Assembly (NCBI RefSeq): GCF_902459465.1
Contig: NC_047070.1
Coordinates: 18,600,001-18,664,000, forward strand
Source of the DNA: Asterias rubens
Taxonomy: Eukaryota
Length of the DNA stretch: 64,000 bases
Direction: 5' to 3'
The first letter of the stretch is position 1, and every line of letters starts with the position of its first letter. A program made the translations under genes and the position numbers. Shown here one piece after another: positions 38,120 through 50,525 of the stretch. The notes beneath the pieces were generated by a model. The model saw only the letters and a list, made by a program, of their open reading frames with translations. It did no database searches and was not told the origin of the DNA.

Positions 38120-39403
38120 TCAGCATGATGTGATTCTATCGAAGATGTAATCCACTCTGGGAAGGCTCGACACGGGAGCTACCTGCGTTTCCGGGTCGAT
38201 CTGGGGAGTAGGTGCTGCTCGCCTCCCATTGGTGTACGCCACGCTGCTTTCAATACTGCTTCTAGGACTGTTGGAGTTCAATAAGCCAGCCTTTCTTTCT
38301 CTGATCTTCCTCATGATGAAGTTCAATCCGAGGATTCGTTTAAAGGCCTCCCGGAAGTCCCGATTAAAGATGCTGTATATGATGGGGTTGAGCGTGGAGT
38401 TGAGATACCCTAGCCACGTTAGGGTGGCGAGGAGAGCAGGTGAGGGATCGCACTTGTCACACAACGGTGTAATGATGTTCAGGGAGAAAAAAGGTACCCA
38501 GCAGATTAAAAATACCCCCATGATTATTCCGAGTGTCACAGCTGCCTTGTGGTCCGAGGCAGCTTGGTTGCCGTGACAGGACGAGTCCGGATTGTCGATC
38601 TTACCCAGTCTGCCCATCCGGGCGTTCCGTACCCGCTCCCTCACCGCGCTGAAGATCCGGGTGTAGATGGCGATCATTACCACACACGGCACAAAGAAAC
38701 TGATCGTAGAGGACACCACTGCATACGTCGGGTTCAAATCCAGCATGCAGATGTAGGCATTACTTGCGACCAGTACGTCATCAGGGACGGGTGCTGGGGT
38801 ACTTGGCGAAACAGCCGGTCCACCAAAACCCTTATGAAGGCCGAGTTGTATCGGTAAAAATGACACCAAAGCAGACATAATCCAAACAACACCTATTGCA
38901 ATCACAGCGCGTTTGTTAGTTATCCATCGATAATAAGCAAATGGTTTCTTAATATGGAGATACCGATCCACACTGATGGCGCATATATTCAGAATGGACG
39001 CAGTGCTAAACATCACGTCAAACGAGATCCAAACATCGCAAAACTCGGGACCAAAAGCCCAATAACCAAGCAGATCATTAGCCATGCCAAACGTCATGAC
39101 AAGTATCGACACAAGAAGGTCCGCCATCGCTAACGACACGATGAATGAGTTACCCGTCTTTCGGAGTTTATCCTCGGTGGCTACAGCAACACACACCAAT
39201 ACATTGCCGACGATGGATAGAATGATCAAAGTTGAAAGTACAAGAGCAATGGCTACCGTCTCTGCGACGGTGAGGTGGGGGCCCACCTCCACAGTGGACG
39301 AGTCATTGCTTCCAGCGTCCAAGCTATAGCCCCCACCACCGGTAGTAGCCGCATCAGACACGACGTCCCCTTCTTCTAGATTATATCCTACGTTGCCTCG
39401 CAT
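38120..39403 (-). CDS. DRD1: D1-like dopamine receptor (Dop1/DRD1 type class A GPCR), coding region uninterrupted, 427 aa from M69 of the listed ORF
   Basis: Seven TM segments; GN (TM1), LAMAD (TM2), D3.32 in FDVMFSTAS, DRY, TM5 serines (VVSSTISF), CWVPFF..N6.55, NPIIY, helix-8 FREAF. VMTFG..NDLLGYW.FG, LDLNPTYAVVSS and SDHKAAVT match the invertebrate Dop1R1 type as I know it. Confidence 0.92.
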   Translation of the reverse strand: MRGNVGYNLEEGDVVSDAATTGGGGYSLDAGSNDSSTVEVGPHLTVAETVAIALVLSTLIILSIVGNVLVCVAVATEDKLRKTGNSFIVSLAMADLLVSILVMTFGMANDLLGYWAFGPEFCDVWISFDVMFSTASILNICAISVDRYLHIKKPFAYYRWITNKRAVIAIGVVWIMSALVSFLPIQLGLHKGFGGPAVSPSTPAPVPDDVLVASNAYICMLDLNPTYAVVSSTISFFVPCVVMIAIYTRIFSAVRERVRNARMGRLGKIDNPDSSCHGNQAASDHKAAVTLGIIMGVFLICWVPFFSLNIITPLCDKCDPSPALLATLTWLGYLNSTLNPIIYSIFNRDFREAFKRILGLNFIMRKIRERKAGLLNSNSPRSSIESSVAYTNGRRAAPTPQIDPETQVAPVSSLPRVDYIFDRITSC

Positions 39404-40069
39404 GGAGTGGTTTGAAAGACCACCACTTCTCTCCCCGGACACCAACGCCTTCAGAATTGGCGAATACGAGGCGCGGAGTTGCATGTTTCGCCAGCAAAAC
39501 AGCGAAAACAAGAATTGTGTTTTCACACGACTTTTCCTGGCTACCTTAGTGCATCTAAATTGTTCTTGTTTGCGATCGTTTCCGTTTTTACCGGTTGTAT
39601 AAATCACTGTAAAAGGTGCCGTGGCTTGTGTTTCAGTTCATTTTGTCTATTTGCCATGGTTGACATTTGCTGACATCAATGTCAAATAATATCCCCACAA
39701 CAAAATAATCCTCGGCAGGTGCAAACTATTTCAAACTCGTCCATATCGGTTTCCCACCGAATCGTAAAACGAATCGGAAAACAGAAATCAAATAAAGGGA
39801 CACCGCGATGTTTTTGAAGAATATCAGAGTTTGACCACCCGGTTCATCCTACGGGGTTTCCGTATGTGCATTTCCTCCATAACACGCCAATTGTGACACC
39901 TGGTGTTGCTTCCCCTTCGCATGGCGTGGTATATAAAAAGCCTACTTCATCGTGCAATCATTTCCTATCTTTCCATCAATCCTTCGATTCCAACAACCAA
40001 GAGTCGAACACCACTCTAAAATCACCAGCTGTGGAGTCACCATGGGTATAGTCTGGTTGTTTGACTCAC

Positions 40070-40323
40070 CACCGCCTCTCACCGTTCCATCTACAGTGTG
40101 TAAATGGTGAAAGAGTCTTCGCGTGTGCAGGATAGGATGTGTTTCCCCCACATCATCACGTTGTCTGTCTGTGATCATCACGTGTAGGCGATGAGCAACA
40201 TTGGTCCCGCCCACCTCACTGCTGATCAATCTGTTCTGCCATCCACAGCCATTCAACGTGCAACGTAATCAATGCTGTACAATGCATGCCTTCAGAGAGC
40301 TTGACATGCCGATACTTGGTTAA
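40070..40323 (-). other. Candidate upstream exon of the receptor gene
   Basis: Donor G|GTGAGT at 40069; candidate downstream acceptor CCTTTTACAG ending at 39607. The exon 5' boundary (CTTAG at 40324) is uncertain. Confidence 0.45.
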
Positions 40324-40751
40324 CTAAGCACAACAAGGGATTTAATATCAGCCTTTTTCGCCTGATGACACTTTGACAATAACATCACAGACGAAACTGA
40401 GCACCAAAGGTCTGTTGCTTTGTGATGAGATTCGGTCTGGGCGATTTGGAACTCGCCCCAAAACACACACTTGAGTAAACGTCTGACGATGTTGGTATAA
40501 TAATATTTCAAATGGAACAAGTCGACGGTTCCGCATAATATCAGCCGTATGCAGTTATGCAAGTAAACACCAATCTCTGAAAGGTGCCGCTTATAGATAG
40601 AGGTATACATTGCAGCGCGGCCGTTTGTGGTTTAGCCCAATGGAAAACATTCTCGAATTATTCATGACTTGAGCTTTTCAAATATTACATTTTAAGATTT
40701 GTTTTGCTCCATTCAATGATACCATACATTAGTTTCAAGACTAAAGTGATA

Positions 40752-40916
40752 AAGCACTTGCTTTGCACAGACAAAGATTGCTTAGCGGAAAAAGGTTACC
40801 AGCCAAATAATATAAGTTTACATTGCTGCGTCTGGTGCCCTACTAAATTTATGCTTAGCAAATACATTTGTCAAGCAATTCGTTTTCTTCTGCTTAACAG
40901 CTTTACGAAATTGGGC
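40752..40916. mobile_element. MITE family E, left end missing
   Basis: GGTTACCAGCCAAA internal motif; right end CTGCTTAACAGCTTTACGAAATTGGGC. Confidence 0.6.
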
Positions 40917-43182
40917 TGTGATATCTTTGTGTTAAGGTTATCAGTGTCAACGGATACACACGCTTACTTTACCCAATCCCAACCCCTTTAGGAACCCCCC
41001 AACCCCTAGGTCTGCGTCTGCTTTAAGTCCATCGGAAGCACGACAACATGTGTTCCCATGTTCTCATATCGATCATTCCTCTCTAAAAAAACTCAAGCTC
41101 TCTATAAAACAGGTTAAATAAAAAAAAACATTATATAAAATCCCGAGGACATCCAACATCTCCTCTTCGCTCGGCTCAATATTTTAATGGCCCCAAGACC
41201 TCAGGAAGGTGGTAAATAATTCTCAGGTATTTTCTAAACACACGCGGTATCGATCTCGTTTCTCAAATTGAGATGTTATTAGAATGACTCGTGTTGAGGA
41301 AGGGCGTCACATTTTGTTTTCCATACAAAGGAGTGTTGATGATATTCAGTCTGACACACGTTATAGATGTTCCATCCATATCAATTAAATTCAGACAACT
41401 TATCATAGAAGTTATGTTAGGAAACAAGACAATTATTTCCCAGTGTGCAAGCACACAGAACTATATCCCAATTTGCAAAAAGATAAAGGTATGATAGAGA
41501 ATAACGAGTATAATTGTAAATATTTTTAAGGAAAGTATACCCATTTTGTAACCACCTCATTTTTTGTTATCCTATGTAACTGCAGATATAACAAACTATA
41601 CAAATTCCAAAGGTTGTAGCGTTTTTGAGATGTCGCCGAAAATCTTTAGCGGTTTAGTTCAAGCAGGAAGAATAATTGGTCATTGGCATCAGAGAAACGT
41701 TTCTGGCAGTAACGTTTCTCGAAATCAATATTTTTTTTGGATAAACACTTACATAATTATTTTTCCATAACATTACTTCGAAGTGAAATAACTCTCAGAA
41801 TGTTTATACTACCTCAAAAGGAGTGGTTACAAATTATACATTTTCTAATAAGAACCACCTCAACCCACCTTTTTCTCAGATTTGTTCATAGTTTTTACTC
41901 AATACAGTCCAAACAAACACTCATACCTAGTCAAGTTATTCCGAGGACGACTTAGCCAATGAACTTATCTTAATTGCTAAGTAAAATGTGATGACACGTC
42001 GCCCAACAAAAACACTTATGTGACAGTGTGGGGGCTTTTCCTAACATAACGTTAAGTGTTTTGTGAAATAGGTGATAGGACTTGAAGTCTGGTTCCTTGA
42101 CGTATACAGAGAGAGCATTCGGATTGAACAATCTCATCAACACGTACGTTCCATGTAATTACTAACCCTTGAACCACACACACAAGCCGTCAATTTAAAG
42201 AGGTGATCAGGAGATGGCCTCGTTTCGTCCGGAATTCCCACTGCTACACTCGATGGGCCCGTTTCACAGAAAGCTGCCGATCAAAGAGGACGTTGTGAAT
42301 AAGCCCGGATGCAAATCTCCCCAAGCCTCCGCTACAGACAATAATTGAACTACATCTTCCATCTATAGAGTGGATCATTCTCCATATCTTAATTGATTCA
42401 TGGGGGCAGTGGGGGAGCTAGCTAGCCAACATCCCTACATGCTTTTTGTGTTTATTAAAAATTCTGAGATTCACCCTTTCCATTTTCCTGAAGAAATCAG
42501 TTAATGAAGGGAACAAGCACAAATGCTCTGGTGTTTATTAAATTCCCCGGATCACCTCACGCAGAGTAGAGACACCGACTGTGGTTTTCTAGGTTGATGA
42601 CAACAAAGTTATTTTCCCGCTGGTTTGTCAAAAAGAAACACGCGGTGGGCTAAGGGAGTCATTAAATTTACGAATGGTCGGCGCGTTGTTATCAATAAAT
42701 AATTAAGCCAGAGATTCTGGCCTCTGGAGGCAAAGTGTCTATTGTGTATAGCGCACATACTCACTGGATTTTACCCAAAGGCCGGACGTAACTACAAGAA
42801 AGGAGATACCGGGAAAAGCGTTGCAACGTAGTCTCCCCCCCCCCTCTCTCTCTCTCTCTTTCAAGAATGGACTTGGCAGTGTTACAGAACAAAAACCCTA
42901 GCTGGGTAAAAAAAACAAAAGCTGCCGGCAAGGTTTGTTGATATCTTGTCCCTTGTCTTGGTTCCGGATACCTCCAAGGTCCCAGCGATTCAAAGATGTT
43001 TTCCCCCAAAAGACTCGTAGATGAAGTGTGAATCGGAAATCCCCGGAGTGTTTAAGTTCTATTACACATAATACACTAATCTCATTAATGTTTGTTTTAC
43101 TTGTGTGTGTTAAGATATATTCAGTGCCATCTCCAGTCGTGAGAAGAAAAAAACCCATGATATTATCCTCAACAAACACAAG

Positions 43183-43745
43183 AGCAAGGACGTATACAAC
43201 ACGAAATGAACTTGAACCCAATGCACTCCGTTGTCTATAGCCACCATGCAGGACGAGCGCTCTGTGTGATGAAAAGTTATGATTTGTCTTGCACAAGAAC
43301 GCAAGTGTCCGGAACAGGACTCGAACCCAACACTCCATTGGCTAATTCCTCAGAACAAACAGTTTGTGAGATAAGAAACAAATGCGTGTCTTGTACAATT
43401 CAAGAGTCACGAAAGGGACTGGAATCCCCATTCTACATTGGCTCATTTATCAGGACAAGCATTCTGTGCGATGACAAACTATTATGTGTCTTGCACAAAG
43501 ATTCAAGTATCACGTACGAGACTCTCACCCCGTACACTCCGTTGGTTTCCACAAGGACGAGCAGTCTGTGTGACGGAATACAAATGTATGTCTTGCTCAA
43601 GGACGTAATTGTCACAAACAGGACTCGAACCTAACACACCGATAACTCACCCACAAGAACGAGCATTCTTAGTGAATTAAACATAAGTGTCTTCTTGCAG
43701 GACACCGGTGACACCATAAAGGGAGTCGAACCCAAAACTCAGATG
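43183..43745. repeat. Tandem array of about six ~101-bp units derived from SINE family 1
   Basis: TGTCTT recurs at 43285, 43387, 43487, 43589, 43688; each unit has GGACTCGAACCC-like B-box complement and CCACAAGAAC-like segment found in the SINE at 3921-4056. Confidence 0.8.
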
Positions 43746-44702
43746 GCTCAGCCAAAAATACACGTCACAAATGTATAAATCGTAGAATACCCTGGAATAA
43801 AGGCTCAAGCTAAATAACGCAAAAAATGGTCTAGATGGCTCTTTCGATATTATCAAAGTAAGATAACAAGCATTTTTACCGTCCAGTTGTTAAAAACAAC
43901 AATTACGTGGATTTCTCTCTAAGATCTTGGAAACTTCAAAAGAAAGAACTGCAGGTTGGGTTTAACGCCATGCTCATTTTATGCAAGACTATTATACATT
44001 GAATTCCCCGTAAGGTTTTTGTTCTAACCGATATGCGAGTAGTAAAGTGTTGCGCGTGGCTCTCTCGTCTATAGCAGAATCGATTCTCGCTCAGGGGTTC
44101 GAAACCGATACCCGAAGATACACGGCTACTGTGTGGTCAATCAATCTCTTGTGTCACTAATTGGGTTTCAAACCTGGGTACGTTTTAAGAAACCTGCTCG
44201 AATCCACGCTCTCGCACTGTGTATAAATTTCATGAAGGTTTTTCAGTCTTTTATTTATCTTCAAACTCCACAAGTACCTCTGTCAAGATATTTCATGAAA
44301 TGTTTATTTATGGTATAGAGAGTGCGTCAATGCTGACAACTTTGAATATCTAAGTCAAATATTGTTTTAATGTATGAAATATGTATTTGTTGCACGATAG
44401 CAGTTTTTTCAATTAAAATATTGATAATTGCAATGGCAAATTAAAAGGCGTACGCCATTATGGATAAAACATGCGAATCATACGGTTAAACATTTGTAAC
44501 TGTATAATAAATTATGGCTAGGTAGAAACTCTCTCTTCGATGCAGAGACAGTTTTACCTCTTAAACCTAGCGAGGTAGAAAATGTTTAGTGTTAATAATA
44601 TTTATTTGTATATTTCTCGTAATCAAAAAGCAACACACCGTAACCAGAAGATCTGATGATTAATGTATTTTCAAATACAATTTGAATTCACCACTTTGGA
44701 GG

Positions 44703-44728
44703 GTGTTTGTTTGTTTGTTTGTTTGTTT
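44703..44728. repeat. (TTTG)n microsatellite
   Basis: About 6 tandem TTTG units. Confidence 0.9.
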
Positions 44729-46191
44729 TGGTGTTGTGTGGTACACTCTGTTTTTTTATGTACTTTTCTCAATTGCTATGTATTGTACTGTTTGTTTAAA
44801 GAGCTATAGAGAGAACGCTGAATCTTCGGCTTTCCTTTCTAAATATTTTAAAAGCAGTTAATAATTTCAAAAAAGTATTTTACAGTTTAGGTTTCCATAA
44901 TAATTGCGAAACTAAAAGCATCAAACCATGGTATAACACATAATTAAGTAATGGTATTACGCTAATATCACTTGATTAAATATTTAAATATCATTATTTC
45001 TGTATACGCTATGGCGGCAACGGGTCTACGGTTACCTCTTGTTATTTAAGACTGGTTTGTATACAATTACCTTATGTAAACATACGTTGTATCATTGTTA
45101 CATTTCAATAGATAGTATATAAGCATCAATACTCATCCATACTTTTGTTGACAGTAATTATGTGGTATGTAGAACATCAGCCCAGTTTCCTTTGTGCTCG
45201 TTATAAATAATTCCATGTGACCCAGAAATGAAGTGTTTGAATAGCAAACATCAATTAAATGGAGACTGTAATAGCAGGGCCCAATATTTCATGCGGTCGC
45301 TGTTACAGATTGACGTCATCAGAGGGCGATAGTACACAACTTCATGTCAACTAGAGCAAGACCGAACATAAACCATATCACTACTGTCTTATATCCGTCA
45401 GGTGAGAGACGGGCACCGGTCATACAAACCCGATGGTTTGTCTATAGATAAAACTGAACTGACGTAAGCTTTAAGTGGTTTAGGATTGGTCCAAAAGTCA
45501 AAAGGCAACTAGATAGCTTTAGGCCACTGGCCACTGTCCAAATAATGACTGGATCGTAATTTGTTGGCTGGTTGTCGTGGCAGCTGCGTCCTTTATCGTA
45601 CGGCCACAATCCTGCAGGTTTTAAACGGCCGTTGGACCATGTCGCCTACTCTATTTCCTTATTCGTAAATATTCAAACTTGAAATGACATTCCATGTATA
45701 GACAACAAAACCACCACACACAAAAGGGTATTTGAAACGATCGCTAAACCGTGCCGGCCATTTCAAGGACCCTAGATCGAAAAAGAATGTTTGTTTTCCG
45801 ATTCCGATGTAACCTATTCCTAGAATAATGTGCTCATAAGGTAGGTCTGCTGCCACCAAGGCCAGACAAGCCTCTCCAAAAACAACTGTGTGTAGCCTAT
45901 GAGGGCGCACTTCCAGAATGACAAGGATATAAACGTGCAATGCATCCTTGATGTATGCAATCACGTGACCTGTTCCACCAATGACACAGATGGTTGTGTT
46001 CTTAAGTAGCTGTCAAAATACACTTTTAATGGGGTAAGATTTTGCCACCTTGAGTCTGATTGCGTGTAGGACTGGAGTCAGGGCGCTCGTATTGTACGGG
46101 TTCCGAAACCTTTTGGTGTGATTTGTTTACGCCAGGGTTCCCTTATTTCACGCCAAGGTATCTAAATGATTTAAAAGAAAATTCTACTTAC

Positions 46192-46739
46192 CATGGCCTT
46201 GGTGGGGAAGGATGAAGGTCCACTTTGGTTTCTCTTCTGATTGACATTTCAGGACGTGGGCTTAATGGGCTCGGTGTTTTCTGCACTAAAAGAAGAGGGC
46301 GCACTTTCAGCTCTTCGCTTGTCGGTTTGGTGACGTCGTACGGCACATCGTCTGCACTGTGAAGAGGGCCCTCAACGTTCATGCACATCAATGCTTTCCA
46401 AGAGCATTGACCCTAGACTGGTCCCGTCCTTACCGCAAGGATAACGCTTTGTGTATATACATGTACGTCGGGTTTAACTGCGAATCTCCAGGACCATGAA
46501 AGCCATAAGCAATGATGTGAGGTCAAACGTGTTTATGGACGTGGGCTCAAAACGACAGCAGATCTGTGGCGTATTTCACGAGCCTTGAAGTGTGACGTCA
46601 GATGTTCAGGCAACGTTGACCTCTACACTGACCCCTCATGTCGGTCTCGATAGAGGACGATTTGTTCGGCCACATGTACGAGTTGTTGTTCATGTTGAAG
46701 GCTGGTTGTAGTTTGATGAACTCAGATTTCACACAATAC
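46192..46739 (-). other. Candidate non-coding internal exon with uORFs
   Basis: Acceptor TTTTTTTATGAACAG ending at 46740; donor ATG|GTAAGT at 46191; all three frames contain stops; further upstream donor GCA|GTGAGT at 46997. Confidence 0.45.
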
Positions 46740-48169
46740 CTGTTCATAAAAAAATATCATGAAATAGTTGTGTATATCACAGGGTGCCGAATTAAGGCAC
46801 TGTTGCGATAACAAATACTTCGACATAGTTTATATGCGTGTGTCACTTCTTATCAAACGACTTGAACTATCATCAATTGTCCTTTGATCCAATATTTCTC
46901 AATACAATCTATTAAAATTGACCTACAATTATTGTTACTGTGCCCACACACAAACAGAAACTCAATCAATCGTAAAGCAACAACCGCGAAAACTCACTGC
47001 CCCCGGGAACGAAACTCAAAACCTACTAAAAACGGTATTTTGTTAAGTCCGATATTGCCACACACGATTTATTTGCAAATGGGGTCCACTCCCGGCCATT
47101 TCACCTTGGGTAAAAACACTTTACAACACTTTTTTGTTTAAAGTTTGCGTACCCCCCACTCCCCGGACATTTTGTTTACAACAATCCTTCTAAACGACTG
47201 ACCCAGACTTTCAATTTTCGTATGAAGAAACCTTGACACAGTTTCTCTTACATTTGACAAAGCCCCTCCAAAGAACCCCGGCCTCCAATTCCAAAGGGGA
47301 GAGAGTGATTGGTTTGTAAGCCACGTTTATGACACCGTGTGTAAGCTTTACACCTCTGCTCTCAGGGCCACTAGATACACCGGTATGGTTTTCCAAACGT
47401 ATTCGACCCACTGGTGTGCAGTTTTGTTTACTTCACACGAAAACCAAAGAATATTTTTGAATGGTTACACATTTCGAAAAATGCGCGGGACAGGCACATT
47501 CTATTTTACAAAAGTTTTTTATATTTTTATTCACCTTTCTTCGTTTAACTGATCCTTGCTACAGTTTACTGATTTCCGTATAATAACCAAAGTTTGCCCA
47601 ACTTTGGAAACTGACGTAAAACAATGTGATGTCAAGTATTAGGAATTACCCTCCAAAATAGAATCTTTGTCTTCTAGATTTTCGAAGAAATTTGGCAGAA
47701 CCTCACCCAATTTTCCTATAACAAAAGGTTCCAACCACTATGAGCGCACAAAACTGATGACCAAAGTTAATAGGTATGTCCATATGTTCCCAAACACAAG
47801 GGTAACAACAATATTATTGTCAAATTATTAAGAAAGGTCAACTGAAAATTTAGTTTTGGTAAATTCTAAGAAAATCCCCCATCGTCTTCAGGGATTGTCC
47901 ACAACCTTCTGGTCAATTATTCTATGGGTCATGGAAAAGTTTAGTATCCATTAAGGACTGCTAGTCCCAAGTCGTGACCTTAACAGTGACGTTGTGGGTC
48001 AAGTTTGAAAGTTGAACATTCAAGGAGAACAAGGAAAAGATACTTTGTCAGAGAAATCTTAATGCACACCACTCCAGGAGGTGAGGAATATAAGACATTC
48101 ATAAACTGACCAATAGTAACGATATTTCAAACTCACATTGTATAAATATTCCGTGAAACCGTAAATTAA

Positions 48170-48332
48170 CCAATCAGTGATTGTTCTAGCGTCAGTGACC
48201 AACAAAATTAAGGCTTTATAAGGGGGTTTCACCGAAGATCAGGAGGCATTCCGGATTGATGATTTGTGCTAAAACTTATAGCCGAGTGGGAAAATCGTGG
48301 TCATCATATAGCCCCAATATCTTGAGGTGAGT
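48170..48332 (+). promoter_or_regulatory. Candidate CCAAT/TATA promoter with short first exon
   Basis: CCAAT 48170-4, TATAAG 48217-22, donor GAG|GTGAGT at 48327. Confidence 0.35.
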
Positions 48333-50066
48333 TTTGATCTACAGGTGATTGTTTTACATTGGTAACTTATTGTTTAAGATGTTCTCCTGGTTGCATCTCT
48401 TTTTGGACATTCCCATGTGGTATGGATTTAGTGCAGAAAACTGTGCTCTGTGTATACAGAGTTTATGCGTTTGGAATGCTTGCCATGATTTTTGGTAAAT
48501 AGAGCTGATAATCATAACATTAACGAAGTGCTAATAATATGCGATGGCGTGAGTGGCTTATACATGCGGTCATCCAGGGCCCTATAAGACGATGAGTTTG
48601 TTCCTTTTTGAATTCTGAGAGTTTCTTGTTATCGTTTGGAGTGACATTTTAGTTTGAACCGAGCCCAAACGCACCGCTACAAGCGTTATGATGTCTTAGA
48701 AAGTTGAGCGTTAGCTGTTTGTACTTTTGCCAGCCAATTGGTATAAAGTTCGAGGCTGTGATGTCGCTAATGTGTATAATATAGACCTGTTAAGGGTTCG
48801 CGGTGACACGTTGTATTCTTTCTCTAAGATTAATTCTGATAAGAGCCTTGGGATTACTCGACGGTTCGACTAGTAACTTCTTGGCCGTCATCAAGGGAGA
48901 AATGTATAGGATTCCAATTATCTCACTGCCCACGCAATTGAAACGTTTAAACCACTCACAAATAAATAAAATAATGATATTGAATCTGACAGAAAATTGA
49001 GAAAACATGTGAATTAAAACATGACCCGGGGTGACTATTAAGGTTAAATTCGGCCTACCGAAACGAGTCGCTAACCGCTTTGATGGCTGTTGAATTCTTT
49101 AGGGATGGCAAAACATGCACGTACGCATGGTTTATTAGGCCCTCACAATGCGGCCTTGGGAAAGTTGTTGATGAAAAAGCGGTCTGGTTGAACGGGTCAG
49201 CGAGAAGAATACAGAGTGGTTAAAATTATTACCAAATATGGAAGGAAGTCCGTGCATCAAGTTTTGTTTGTTGATTCGTCGAAACGACCAAACAAGCTTT
49301 AAAAACGGCATGATGTGACCCCCCACCCCCTAAAAAAAACACCAACAAAAACCCGAGACCATCAGGTAGCAACAACAGGTGTGAACTATACCTGGGGAAG
49401 CGTTTAAGGTTGTACTGGATGATCGAAGGTGACAATGATTAAATATGTTCACGGGACTGACCTAGAGGTGAAAGGTTCTGATTGTGGTGTCTGTGTGTCT
49501 TTTTGACATCTTCACAAACTTGTCCTCCAGTTACGTGACCAACTATGCTAATGAAGATGGTCAAAGGTAACTTCATACACAGAAGCCATGTTTGGATTTT
49601 CTTTTATGCTGGCTACGGAGCTGAATATAAAGTTTTGAAATTAGTTTTAATAATAATATAAATGTATACCGCGCTTAATACTGAGTTTTGTCCTTTTTAT
49701 GTTCCTTTTTGGACGGGAAGACATGGTCAAATTTCGGCCACGTCGGGGCATCTTTTGATTGCAAAAGTAAATATTTTGATTATTATTTTCCCGGTTTTTT
49801 TTGTTCACGAGAAAACAAACAGCGAAAACCACTGGTTTCAAACTGGTTTGAACCAGTTGAGACTTGCGGTATGAAAAAATAACTGTGCAATTTATTTCTT
49901 TGAAAAAAATCATATATACATATATCAATTCTGGCAAAAAAATTTGAAGCATCGGAAATAGTTAACCATTGACTTGACCATCTTCATATAATGTAAACAC
50001 AAAAAGGTCCTTTCCAATAGAAATTTTGATTCAAAAAATTTCAAATAGTTCGAATTGTTTGCATTG

Positions 50067-50525
50067 TGACGTCAGCTCAAACACTGATGCACGTGCGGTC
50101 CGGCTAGGCAGCTGAAACATAAAAACCAGCCCCGTCGACATAATAGTTTTCTTCTGCAAATATAAACGATCCTTCTGGAAAAAAGTGAAAGCGATTTGGA
50201 ATACGTCATCATCACAACACAAAAGAAGTACCAATTTCAATAGGACGGCTGACGCTCATACACCAGGGGAATTTTTTTCTTTGTTGGGGTCTACTGAAGT
50301 GAAAGTTGCACAGCATTAAGGGTATAAAAAGAGTGAACTTGGACCATCAAGTGTAATAATATTACAGCTGCGTAGGAAGGAGAGATCACAACACCTTGCT
50401 GTTCAGAGAAAAAAAGGAACCGGAAAAAGGAGCGTCGTTTTTGTTTTTCTTTTATTTGAACAAGAGGACTGGTCAGAGATAACAGTGCTTCACTTTACCA
50501 ACCCAACAGAAGATCAAAGGTAAAA
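50067..50525 (+). promoter_or_regulatory. Candidate TATA promoter and non-coding first exon of the EGF gene
   Basis: TGACGTCA 50067-74, TATAAAAA 50323-30, donor AAG|GTAAAA at 50520; compatible acceptor at 55724. Confidence 0.5.

Noticed and set aside
38229-39329. Plus-strand ORFs overlapping the receptor
   Set aside because: Antisense shadows of a GC-richer coding region.
43183-43745. CRISPR array, or a 142-aa repeat protein (43206-43634)
   Set aside because: Eukaryotic context; whole units are degenerate SINE copies with no invariant repeat and unique spacer; unit lengths are not consistently multiples of three.
46598-46739. Terminal coding exon of a separate minus-strand gene (YCVKSEFIKLQPAF...CLNI*)
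   Set aside because: No upstream coding exon found; the nearest donor (46997) has an in-frame stop just before it. Kept only as a leader or uORF candidate.
48480-49010. Long minus-strand frame with few stops (pseudogene?)
   Set aside because: No recognisable homology, and plus-strand frames look equally plausible.
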